Shown here: piece after piece, positions 12,686-25,000 of the stretch
Numbering within the stretch: the first letter of the stretch is position 1
Layout of the letters: each line of letters starts with the position of its first letter
Source of the DNA: Eledone cirrhosa
Taxonomy: Eukaryota
NCBI GenBank assembly: GCA_964016885.1
Contig: OZ024743.1
Location: 89,342,001-89,406,000, forward strand
Reading direction: 5' to 3'
DNA: 64,000 nt
The notes under the pieces: generated by a model
The model's input: the letters and a program-made list of their open reading frames with translations, nothing else
Databases searched by the model: none
What the model was told of the DNA's origin: nothing
Position numbers and translations under genes: made by a program

Positions 12686-13140
12686 TGGCAGTATCGGTAG
12701 TGCGTCGGATAATGTTTTACGGCATAGAGTTACGGTCCTTTACGTTCTGAGTTCAAGTCCTGCTGAGGTTAGCTTTGCCTTTCATTTTCACGACGTCGAT
12801 AAAATAAAGCACCAGTAATGCACTGGCGTTGATTTAATCGATTTTCCTCCTCCTTTAAAATTGCTGGCCTTGTGCCGAATGTAGAAACAATCATTAACAT
12901 TTGATGGGGGCGGCGGATTGGCCGAATCGGTAGAGGGCCGAGAAAATGATTAACAGTATTTGTTCCGGTTTCTTATATTCTGGGTTCAAATCCTGCCGAG
13001 GTCAAATTTGCCTTTTATTTTTTCGGGATCGACAAATTAAGTACCTTTCATGTACTGGGGTTGGATGTAATCCACCCTCCCCTCCCCACCATTACTGAAT
13101 TAACCAACTTTGCCATTCCCTCAAATTTGCAGGCCTTATG
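12686..13140 (+). mobile_element. Two tandem SINE family A copies
   Basis: Each has tggc.g.atcggtag, g.gttcaa.tcc and gcctttcat..tcga.aaa.taa. Confidence 0.8.
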
Positions 13141-13177
13141 GCTAAATAGTTAGATATCAAATTTTATTTGTCTAGAA

Positions 13178-16100
13178 CAGGCATGCGCAACCTTTTTCGA
13201 GAAGCGGGCCGCATGAGATATGGCTCATCATCAGGCGGGCCGCAAGCGCTAATTTACATTCGTGCCCACACTAAAAAAAGGCCGGTAACTCAGGTTGTTT
13301 TGATTTGTTTCTTCCGAATTCGTACACGTTGTTTTCCTCGATCGTAAAAATGATAGAAAGATGAATTACGACTGAAAAGTTGGGGTAAAAAAATCAGAAA
13401 GATTTTACTTAGGTTACTTAGGCGAGCCACTGAGAAAGATTTCACTTAGGTGACTTAGGCGAGTTATTGAGAAAGATTTCACTTAGGTGACTTAGGCGAG
13501 CCACTGAGAAAGATTTCACTTAGGTGACTTAGGCGAGTTATTGAGAAAGATTTCACTTAGGTGACTTAGGCGAGTTATTGAGAAAGATTTCACTTAGGTG
13601 ACTTAGGCGAGCCACTGAGAAAGATTTCACTTAGGTGACTTAGGCGAGTTATTGAGAAAGATTTCACTTAGGTGACTTAGGCGAGTTATTGAGAAAGATT
13701 TCACTTAGGTGACTTAGGCGAGTTATTGAGAAAGATTTCACTTAGGTGACTTAGGCGAGCCATTGAGAAAGATTTCACTTAGGTGACTTAGGCGAGCCAC
13801 TGAGAAAGATTTCACTTAGGTGACTTAGGCGAGTTATTGAGAAAGATTTCACTTAGGTGACTTAGGCGAGCCACTGAGAAAGATTTCACTTAGGTGACTT
13901 AGGCGAGTTATTGAGAAAGATTTCACTTAGGTGACTTAGGCGAGTTATTGAGAAAGATTTCACTTAGGTGACTTAGGCGAGTTATTGAGAAAGATTTCAC
14001 TTAGGTGACTTAGGCGAGTTATTGAGAAAGATTTCACTTAGGTGACTTAGGCGAGCCACTGAGAAAGATTTCACTTAGGTGACTTAGGCGAGTTATTGAG
14101 AAAGATTTCACTTAGGTGACTTAGGCGAGCCACTGAGAAAGATTTAACTTAGGTGACTTAGGCGAGTTATTGAGAAAGATTTCACTTAGGGGACTTAGGC
14201 GAGCCACTGAGAAAGATTTCACTTAGGTGACTTAGGCGAGCCATTGAGAAAGATTTCACTTAGGTGACTTAGGCGAGTTATTGAGAAAGATTTCACTTAG
14301 GTGACTTAGGCGAGCCACTGAGAAAGATTTCACTTAGGTGACTTAGGCGAGTTATTGAGAAAGATTTCACTTAGGTGACTTAGGCGAGTTATTGAGAAAG
14401 ATTTCACTTAGGTGACTTAGGCGAGTTATTGAGAAAGATTTCACTTAGGTGACTTAGGCGAGCCATTGAGAAAGATTTCACTTAGGTGACTTAGGCGAGC
14501 CACTGAGAAAGATTTCACTTAGGTGACTTAGGCGAGTTATTGAGAAAGATTTCACTTAGGTGACTTAGGCGAGCCACTGAGAAAGATTTCACTTAGGTGA
14601 CTTAGGCGAGTTATTGAGAAAGATTTCACTTAGGTGACTTAGGCGAGTTATTGAGAAAGATTTCACTTAGGTGACTTAGGCGAGCCACTGAGAAAGATTT
14701 CACTTAGGTGACTTAGGCGAGTTATTGAGAAAGATTTCACTTAGGTGACTTAGGCGAGTTATTGAGAAAGATTTCACTTAGGTGACTTAGGCGAGCCACT
14801 GAGAAAGATTTCACTTAGGTGACTTAGGCGAGTTATTGAGAAAGATTTCACTTAGGTGACTTAGGCGAGCCACTGAGAAAGATTTCACTTAGGTGACTTA
14901 GGCGAGTTATTGAGAAAGATTTCACTTAGGTGACTTAGGCGAGCCACTGAGAAAGATTTCACTTAGGTGACTTAGGCGAGTTATTGAGAAAGATTTCACT
15001 TAGGTGACTTAGGCGAGTTATTGAGAAAGATTTCACTTAGGTGACTTAGGCGAGCCACTGAGAAAGATTTCACTTAGGTGACTTAGGCGAGTTATTGAGA
15101 AAGATTTCACTTAGGTGACTTAGGCGAGCCACTGAGAAAGATTTCACTTAGGTGACTTAGGCGAGTTATTGAGAAAGATTTCACTTAGGTGACTTAGGCG
15201 AGCCACTGAGAAAGATTTCACTTAGGTGACTTAGGCGAGTTATTGAGAAAGATTTCACTTAGGTGACTTAGGCGAGTTATTGAGAAAGATTTCACTTAGG
15301 TGACTTAGGCGAGTTATTGAGAAAGATTTCACTTAGGTGACTTAGGCGAGTTATTGAGAAAGATTTCACTTAGGTGACTTAGGCGAGCCACTGAGAAAGA
15401 TTTCACTTAGGTGACTTAGGCGAGTTATTGAGAAAGATTTCACTTAGGTGACTTAGGCGAGTTATTGAGAAAGATTTCACTTAGGTGACTTAGGCGAGTT
15501 ATTGAGAAAGATTTCACTTAGGTGACTTAGGCGAGCCACTGAGAAAGATTTCACTTAGGTGACTTAGGCGAGCCACTGAGAAAGATTTCACTTAGGTGAC
15601 TTAGGCGAGTTATTGAGAAAGATTTCACTTAGGTGACTTAGGCGAGTTATTGAGAAAGATTTCACTTAGGTGACTTAGGCGAGTTATTGAGAAAGATTTC
15701 ACTTGGGTGACTTAGGCGAGTTATTGAGAAAGATTTCACTTAGGTGACTTAGGCGAGCCATTGAGAAAGATTTCACTTAGGTGACTTAGGCGAGTTATTG
15801 AGAAAGATTTCACTTAGGTGACTTAGGCGAGCCATTGAGAAAGATTTCACTTAGGTGACTTAGGCGAGCCACTGAGAAAGATTTCACTTAGGTGACTTAG
15901 GCGAGTTATTGAGAAAGATTTCACTTAGGTGACTTAGGCGAGTTATTGAGAAAGATTTCACTTAGGTGACTTAGGCGAGTTATTGAGAAAGATTTCACTT
16001 AGGTGACTTAGGCGAGTTATTGAGAAAGATTTCACTTAGGTGACTTAGGCGAGCCATTGAGAAAGATTTCACTTAGGTGACTTAGGCGAGCCACTGAGAA

Positions 16101-16987
16101 AGATTTCACTTAGGTGACTTAGGCGAGTTATTGAGAAAGATTTCACTTAGGTGACTTAGGCGAGTTATTGAGAAAGATTTCACTTAGGTGACTTAGGCGA
16201 GTTATTGAGAAAGATTTCACTTAGGTGACTTAGGCGAGTTATTGAGAAAGATTTCACTTAGGTGACTTAGGCGAGCCATTGAGAAAGATTTCACTTAGGT
16301 GACTTAGGCGAGCCACTGAGAAAGATTTCACTTAGGTGACTTAGGCGAGTTATTGAGAAAGATTTCACTTAGGTGACTTAGGCGAGTTATTGAGAAAGAT
16401 TTCACTTAGGTGACTTAGGCGAGCCATTGAGAAAGATTTCACTTAGGTGACTTAGGCGAGCCATTGAGAAAGATTTCACTTAGGTGACTTAGGCGAGCCA
16501 CTGAGAAAGATTTCACTTAGGTGACTTAGGCGAGTTATTGAGAAAGATTTCACTTAGGTGACTTAGGCGAGTTATTGAGAAAGATTTCACTTAGGTGACT
16601 TAGGCGAGCCATTGAGAAAGATTTCACTTAGGTGACTTAGGCGAGCCACTGAGAAATATTTCACTTAGGTGACTTAGGCGAGTTATTGAGAAAGATTTCA
16701 CTTAGGTGACTTAGGCGAGTTATTGAGAAAGATTTCACTTAGGTGACTTAGGCGAGCCATTGAGAAAGATTTCACTTAGGTGACTTAGGCGAGCCATTGA
16801 GAAAGATTTCACTTAGGTGACTTAGGCGAGCCACTGAGAAAGATTTCACTTAGGTGACTTAGGCGAGTTATTGAGAAAGATTTCACTTAGGTGACTTAGG
16901 CGAGTTATTGAGAAAGATTTCACTTAGGTGACTTAGGCGAGCCATTGAGAAAGATTTCACTTAGGTGACTTAGGCGAGCCATAACTG
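13178..16987 (+). mobile_element. hAT-superfamily MITE containing an expanded satellite; 8-bp TSD GTCTAGAA
   Basis: Starts CAGGCATGCGCAACC and ends CTG; gtctagaa at 13170-13177 and 16988-16995; 13178-13430 matches 18638-18899. Confidence 0.85.
13397..16982. repeat. 37-bp satellite, about 97 units (gagaaagatttcacttaggtgacttaggcgag[ttatt/ccact/ccatt])
   Basis: Highly homogeneous tandem units varying mostly at one 5-bp site. Confidence 0.98.
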
Positions 16988-17175
16988 GTCTAGAATTAAC
17001 GTCTTTAGAACATATATTTACACAAAAATGAATGACTGTAAAATAATTAGAAAAGCGATTATAAATCAGTAGATTCAAGGCTACGAAGAAGTTAAACAGC
17101 AGCAACAACAACAACAACATTCTTGATAAATACACGAATAAGTGGAAACTAGAAGTAACAAAGAATAATTCTCAC

Positions 17176-17386
17176 CTGAGACGATATCATCGTAGCCAGT
17201 CATCGTGCGGGGGTATCGGCCTCTGTCAGAATATGTGCGTTCTAGCTCGTAACCAAGTAAGCGATCAATCTCCTCCCGTGTAGCGTCTTTGCCTGCAAAC
17301 AGTCGTATTAACTCTCTGGCTGAGTGTGTCGTCTTTATAGCTTTCCTGAACTCAGAAACCAGTATGGAATTGAGACGCGCTGATTC
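17176..17386 (-). CDS. Internal coding exon of a secreted protein (ESARLNSILVSEFRKAIKTTHSARELIRLF...YDDIVS); possible PDGF/VEGF-type pro-region
   Basis: T-rich tract then aatgcag|GAA acceptor; CAG|gtgag donor; 211 nt, phase 0 to phase 1; non-repetitive; in phase with the 43255 donor. Family assignment is inference only. Confidence 0.7.
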
Positions 17387-17649
17387 CTGCATTAAACGGC
17401 AACAAAAAAGAAAAAAAAAAAACACAAACAAAATTTTGTTCGACAAAGGTGGAAGAAAGGAAATAAAGAGGTGGAGATTGGGTGGGGGTGAGAGCCATTA
17501 AATAATTTTGTCCACGTCGTCACCAGCATCATCATCATCCATTTCATCATCGTCATCACCACCACAACAACCAGTAGGTGACTTTGAAACTCGTTAACGA
17601 ACATAAATTAACATTGTACAATACCTGAGGTAGAATTTCGACAATGAGG

Positions 17650-17915
17650 TATGTATACTTTATGATCAATATTCCTTTTTTACCAAAGAATGCTCCCCTG
17701 ACGAAAATACGAATTCTTCCAGTGTTGGTTATTCCAATGATTTGAAATACCTGGTACTGTTTCTTCCGTTTTTGAAATCATTGGAGGGAGACGTTTAAAT
17801 GAGTGAGACTTTCTTATTTTAGTCTGGTCTGTCTGACTTATTGCTTCTCTGAGTGATATCTTATCTGTATATTTTATCCCGTAATTGAGATGTCTAAGTA
17901 TTAGAGATAAATAAC
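17650..17915. repeat. Unclassified interspersed repeat
   Basis: Similar to 40370-40570 (atactttatgatcaatat..cctgacgaaa..ttccaatg). Confidence 0.55.
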
Positions 17916-17921
17916 CCTTTA

Positions 17922-18034
<113 letters not shown>

Positions 18035-18128
18035 TTCCATGAGAGAACATAAAGTCAAAACAGAAGACCCTAGCTATATTATCATAGCATACAATTCCTG
18101 ATGGTCGAATTAAATCATTTCGATGGTA

Positions 18129-18178
<50 letters not shown>

Positions 18179-18419
18179 TACGATGGTTCGTGTAAGTCAA
18201 TGCTTCAATAACTTTATTAAACCCTTTGAAATTATAGGTTATATTTTACACCTATAGTTACTGTTTATAAAAGCTTTCTGATTCAAGTTTCTTTTTATTT
18301 TCTCATTAGCTGGGTTTGCTTTAATCTATTTTGGTTTGATATCCGGTTTGATGGTCAGTTATTAGCTTGACCGGGTTTATTGGTATGTTAAACGAGATAG
18401 GATTTGGATGAGGCTAATT

Positions 18420-18545
18420 AGTTAAGAGTATGTGTCTATCGCATGCTCAGCTAATTGTACCTTAATTTCCCTAGCAGGCTGCTCCGTTGATGGAAAAACT
18501 GGAGCACTCATCGTCGTAACTGACGGAAGTCCATCCAACAAGAAA
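18420..18545 (+). mobile_element. SINE family B, 3' half
   Basis: gttaag..tgctcagc..ttaatttc..gcaggctg..cgtcgtaactgacgga. Confidence 0.7.
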
Positions 18546-18637
18546 GACAACAGAAAAAAGGCATGCATCAACACGATGTTGCTGCTCGTAAAATAAATTT
18601 TATAATGCAATAATGTGCCACAATTCATTCTTTAAAT

Positions 18638-18936
18638 CAGGCATGAGTAGCCTTTTTCGAGAAGCGAGCCGGATGAGGTATGGCTGATCAGCAGGCGGGC
18701 CGCAAGCGCTAATTTACATTCGTGCCCACATAAAAAAAAAGAGCGGTAATCCATGTTGTTTTGACTTGTTTCTTCCGAATTCGTACACGTTGTTTTCCTC
18801 GATCGTAAAAAGGATAGAACGATAAATTACGACTGAAAAGTTGGGGTAAAAAAATCAGAAAGATTTCACTTAGGTGACTTAGGCGAGCCATTGAGAAAGC
18901 TTCGTGGGACGCAGGTTGCCTTTGACGCAGGTTGCC
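18638..18936 (+). mobile_element. hAT MITE, unexpanded copy with a single 37-bp unit
   Basis: Colinear with 13178-13430; single gaaagatttcacttaggtgacttaggcgagccattgagaaag; ends gcaggttgcc (partial right TIR). Confidence 0.85.
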
Positions 18937-19265
18937 TTAACTCTTAACAATTACTATTGATTATATAAAAAAGGAATCCCTTATCTATCATATAAACCTG
19001 TTTGTGTGCTTCTTTTCTTTCCTTGTAGCTACGAGAACCTTAAAAATATCTTTACACCAGCTAAAGCAGGAAATAGATATTTTATGAATTACATGTTTTT
19101 TCTCTCCCCTATCTCTCTCGGGGGTATTAGTAAGGTGAAAAAAATGAAAATAGTTAAACCTGAAAATCAAAATAGACTCTGTGACTCGGCCTTTATCCAA
19201 CACCCCATTCCTCCTCTTCCCGGCCTCTATCATTTGTTACGACCCAAACTAATGTGAAACGGGGG

Positions 19266-20283
19266 ATGTGGTGGTGGTGGTTATGGTGGTGGTGATGGTA
19301 GTGGTGGTAGAGGTGGTGATGGTAGTGTTGTTGGTGGTAGTGGTGAGGGTGGTAGAGGTGGTAGTGGTGGTGATGGTAGTGGTGATGATGGTGGTACTTG
19401 GTGGTAGTGGTGGTGATGGTAGTGGTGATGATGGTGGCAGTAGTGGTGATGGTGATGGTGGTGGTGGTGTTGGTGGTGGTGATGGTGATGGTGGTGATGG
19501 TGGTGGTGATAGTGGTAGAGGTGGTGACGGTGGTGATGGTGGTGGTGATGGTGGTAATGCTGGTGATGGTGGTGATTGTGTTGGTGGTTGTGGTAATGGA
19601 GGTAGTGGTGGTGGTGGTGATGGTGGTAATGCTGATGATGGTGGTGGTGGTAATAGTGGTGATGATGGTGGTAGTAGAGGTGGTGGTGGTGGTGGTGGTG
19701 GTGGGGTAATGGTGGTGGTGGGGAGTTTAAACAAGCAACCACTTTGTTTATTCTGCAATATGTTCTGTTATTTCTCTGGTGGAATGGATGCTTGTCATTG
19801 AAGATAAGGAAATGACGATAAATCTGGCTGAGAAAATGAAAATAAAATCTGTCCTCAGGAGTGGTAGTAGTAGTAGCAATAGTAGTAGTAGTAGTAGTAG
19901 TAGCAGCAATAGTAGTAGTAGTAGCAATAGTAGTAGTAGTAGTAGCAGCAGTAGCAATAGTAGTAGTAGCAGTAGTAGCAGTAGTAGTAGTAGTAGTAGC
20001 AGCAGCAGTAGCAGCAGTAGCAATAGTAGTAGTAGTAGCAGTAGTAGTAGTAGTAGTAGCAGCAGTAGCAGCAGTAGCAATAGTAGTAGTAGTAGCAGTA
20101 GTAGCAATAATAGTAGTAGTAACAGTAGTAGTAGCAGCAGTAGTAGTAGTAGTAGTAGTAGCAGCAATAGTAGTAGTAGTAGTGGTAGTAGTAGTAGTAG
20201 TGCTAGTAGTAGTAGCAGCAGCAGCAGCAGTAGCAGCAGCAGTAGTAGTAGTACTAGTAGTAGTAGTAGTAGTAGTAGTAGTC
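19266..20283. repeat. Degenerate (GGT/GAT)n and (AGT/AGC)n trinucleotide tracts
   Basis: Direct reading: 19266-19720 and 19860-20283. Confidence 0.95.
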
Positions 20284-20667
20284 AAGCTACTATGACTGTT
20301 GTTAAAAGTAGGTAAATGATAGTTTTGTCAGATGTGTCAGTGTTATATAGAAGGGGGGGGGGACATGCTGAAGTTTGCTGATGACTATTATATATTCCTG
20401 ACAGCTGGAGATGACGGGCTTCACTACGACCAAACATTAACCATGGAACAATCTCCAGTTTTACAGTTATTAGTCTAACAACCATCAAGTAAGCATAACA
20501 GAATACAATTACAGGACGAAGACTAAATAAATATACAGATAAAATGATTAATCGGAAATAAATATGGAGTTGAAATGAAAAAAATATAATGAAAATATAT
20601 AAACTCAAGAAATAACAAGAAACGGAAAAGAATATAAATATAGAAGCAGGGAGAGATTAGAAGTAAA

Positions 20668-21302
20668 TAATGGCTTCTAAAGTAGGCACAAGGCCAGCAA
20701 TTATTTTAGTGATGTGGTGTGGGGAAGGAGGGAGAGGAGGGATAGTTGATTGACCTTAGTACTTGGTTCATTGGTACTTTATTTTATCAACCCTGGAAGA
20801 ATGAAAGAGAAAGTCTACCTTCATGGGATTTGAACTTAAGAGTGTAAAGAGCCGGGACAAATACTGCTAAAAATCTGTTCGACGCTCTAACGACTCTGCT
20901 AGTCCACTGATTTACATTAAGGAAATAATGATTTCTGATTTAGGCACAAGACCGGCAATCTTTGCGGGAGGGGAGTCGATTAAATCGACACCGTAAGGAT
21001 GAAAGGCAAAGTTGACCTTGGTGGGATTTGAACTTAGAAGGAGCAAGAACAAATACTGCTAAACATCAGTCCGACGCTCTAACGACTTTGCTAATCCACT
21101 GCTTAACATTAAGGAAAGAATAGTTTCTGACTTAGACACAAGGATAGCAGTTTGGGTGTGGAGAAGAAACAGTAGATTATATCGACCCTGGTACATGACT
21201 GGTACTTTATTTTATCGACACCTGAACTATGGAAGGCAAGATTAATAAAGAGCCAGAACAAATATTTCTAAGCGCCAGTCCGACTCTGCCAATCCACCGT
21301 CC
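20668..21302 (-). mobile_element. Three tandem SINE family A copies
   Basis: ttct..ttaggcacaag.cc.gcaa begins units near 20673, 20932 and 21123; shared spacer attaaggaaa.aat suggests local duplication. Confidence 0.75.
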
Positions 21303-22084
21303 TTTTATATAGAAATAATTTCTTCATGGTGTTTTACATTTATTGGTTGATAGATCAACAATTGGAAGTCTACTTATATAGAGTGTTTAATCTTTTTGAT
21401 ATCAACACAAAGAAATGGTACGTTGTGATGTTGAAGTAAGTGGAAAGTAAAGGAATTACTGTTGGAAATTAAAGCAAATGTTGAATTCCATTCGCTCGTC
21501 TTTTGAAACAGAGTTTACGCCTCGAAATATTATGAGATATAAGGTAAACGTGTAAACTGTTGTTTTTTGTCTTCTGTTTCTGACTTTGGTTTTCTCTCCT
21601 CTATTTCTATTTGTTATTCTATCGGCTTTCCCCAAACAATCCAAACTACATTTTTCACAAAATATCATAAGAAATAAATGATTTCCTTAATGAGATTGAA
21701 ACCAATATATCTTTGGTACATACCACCTGCCAGTCTGGGATTAATTATATGTTCTAATTATTATGTATCTTGGCAAAAAGATTACTGAAGTCTTTGATTT
21801 ATGTAAAAGTTAAGGGAAATAGGTTAATACACATCATATAAATATATTCATCATATTTTATAGAGATAGAATCAGTTTCACTCTTGGTTAGCTGTAATGT
21901 AATTACAGTTGCTGTTAATTTTAATTAGGTCCTCATTTAAATGTAATCAAAATATTTAAACATGGATTATAATTAAAACGAGGTAGGTACACATCCATAT
22001 AGAATTCTAAACAGGTGAATCCTATGAAGTATGGTGTAGAAGACACGACAATATAGAGACGTACAGACGGGGGTAGAGTACAGA

Positions 22085-25000
22085 TGGTGGTGTAGGTATA
22101 GGGACCTACTGTACTGATGTAGATATAGGGACCTACTGTACTGGTGTAGGTATAGGGACCTACTGTACTGGTGCAGATATAGGGACCTACTGCACTGGTG
22201 TGGATATAGGGACCTACTGTACAAGTGTAGGTATAGGGACCTACTGTACTGGTGTAGATATAGGGACCTACTGTACTGGTGTAGGTATAGGGACCTACAG
22301 TACTGGTGTAGGTATAGGGACCTACTGTACTGATGTAGGTATAGGGACCTACTGTATTGGTGTAGATATAGGGACCTACTGAACTGGTGTAGATATAGGG
22401 ACCTACTGTACTGGTGTGGGTATAGGGACATACTGTACTGGTGTAGGTATAGGGACCTACTGTACTGATGTAGATATAGGGACCAACTGTACTGGTGTAG
22501 GTATAGGGACCTACTGTACTGGTGTAGGTATAGGGACCTACTGTACTAGTGAAGATATAGGGACCTACTGTACTGGTGTAGGTATAGGGACCTATTTGTA
22601 CTGATGTAGGTATAGGGACCTACTGTACTGGTGTAGGTATAGGGACCTACTGTACTGATGTAGATATAGGGACCTACTGTACTGATGTAGGTATAGGGAC
22701 CTACTGTACTGATGTAGATATAGGGACCTACTGTACTGTTGTAGGTATAGGGACCTACTGTACTGGTGTAGATATAGGGACCTACTGTACTGGTGGAGGT
22801 ATAGGGACCTACTGTACTGGTGTAGGTATAGGGACCTACTGTACTGATGTAGGTATAGGGACCTACTGTACTGGTGTAGGTATAGGGACCTACTGTACTG
22901 GTGTAGATATAGGGACCTACTGTACTGATGTAGGTATAGTGACCTACTGTACTGATGGAGGTATAGGGACCTACTGTACTGGTGTAGGTATAGGGACCTA
23001 CTGTACTGGTGTAGATATAGGGACCTACTGTACTGATGTAGGTATAGTGACCTACTGTACTGATGGAGGTATAGGGACCTACTCTACTGATGTAGATATA
23101 GGGACCTACTGTACTGATGTAGGTATAGAGACCTACTGTACTGATGTAGGTATAGGGACCTACTGTACTGGTGTAGATATAGGGACCTACTGTACTGGGG
23201 TAGGTATAGGGACCTACTGTACTGATGTAGATATAGGGACCTACTGTGCTAGTGTAGATATAGAGACCTACTGTACTGGTGTAGGTATAGGGACCTACTG
23301 TACTGATGTAGGTATAGGGAACTACTGTACTGGTGTAGATATAGGGACCTACTGTACTGATGTAGGTATAGGGACCTACTGTACTGGTGTAGGTATAGGG
23401 ACCTACTGTACTGATGTAGGTATAGGGACCTACTGTATTGGTGTAGATATAGGGACCTACTGTACTGGTGTAGGTATAGGGACCTACTGTACTGGTGTAG
23501 ATATAGGGACCTACTGTACTGATGTAGATATAGGGACCTACTGTACTGGTGTAGGTATAGGGACCTACTGTACTGATGTAGGTATAGGGACCTACTGTAC
23601 TGGTGTATATATAGGGACTTACTGTACTGGTGTAGATATAGGGACCTACTGTACTGGTGTAGATATAGGGACCTACTGTACTGATGTGGGTATAGGGACA
23701 TACTGTACTGGTGTAGGTATAGGGACCTACTGTACTGGTGTAGGTATAGGGACCTACTCTACTTGTGTAGATATAGGGACCTACTGTACTGATGTAGATA
23801 TAGGGACATACTGTACTGATGTAGGTATAGGGACCTACTGTACTGGTGTAGGTATAGGGACCTACTGTACTGATGTAGGTATAGGGACCTACTGTACTGG
23901 TGTAGGTATAGGGACCTACTGTACTGGTGTATATATAGGGACTTACTGTACTGGTGTAGATATAGGGACCTACTGTACTGGTGTAGATATAGGGACCTAC
24001 TGTACTGATGTGGGTATAGGGACATACTGTACTGGTGTAGGTATAGGGACCTACTGTACTGATGTAGGTATAGGGACCTACTGTACTGGTGTATATATAG
24101 GGACTTACTGTACTGGTGTAGATATAGGGACCTACTGTACTGGTGTAGATATAGGGACCTACTGTACTGATGTGGGTATAGGGACATACTGTACTGGTGT
24201 AGGTATAGGGACCTACTGTACTGGTGTAGGTATAGGGACCTACTCTACTTGTGTAGATATAGGGACCTACTGTACTGATGTAGATATAGGGACATACTGT
24301 ACTGATGTAGGTATAGGGACCTACTGTACTGGTGTAGGTATAGGGACCTACTGTACTGATGTAGGTATAGGGACCTACTGTACTGGTGTAGATATAGGGA
24401 CCTACTGTACTGGTATAGGTATAGAGACCTACTGTACTGGTGTAGATATAGGGACCTACTGTATTGATGTAGATATAGGGACTTACTGTACTGGTGTAGA
24501 TATAGGGACATACTGTACTGGTGTAGATATAGGGACCTACTGTACTGATGTAGATATAGGGACCTACTGTACTGGTGTAGGTATAGGGACCTACAGTACT
24601 GGTGTATATATAGGGACTTACTGTACTGGTGTAGATATAGGGACCTTCTGTACTGGTGTAGGTATAGGGACCTACTGTACTGATGTAGGTATAGGGACCT
24701 ACTGTACTGGTGTAGATATAGGGACCTACTGTACTGGTGTAGGTATAGGGACGTACTGTACTGATGTAGGTATAGGGACCTACTGTACTGGTGTAGGTAT
24801 AGGGACCTACTGTACTGATGTAGGTATAGGGACCTACTGTACTGGTATAGGTATAGGGACCTACTGTACTAATGTAGGTATAGGGACCTACTGTACTGGT
24901 GTAGGTATAGGGACCTACTGTACTGATGTAGGTATAGGGACCTACTGTACTGGTGTAGATATAGGGACCTACTGTACTGGTATAGGTATAGGGACCTACT

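Noticed and set aside
13397-16982. CRISPR-like array or TTAGG telomeric repeat
   Set aside because: No unique spacers or cas genes; TTAGG is part of a MITE-derived 37-mer.
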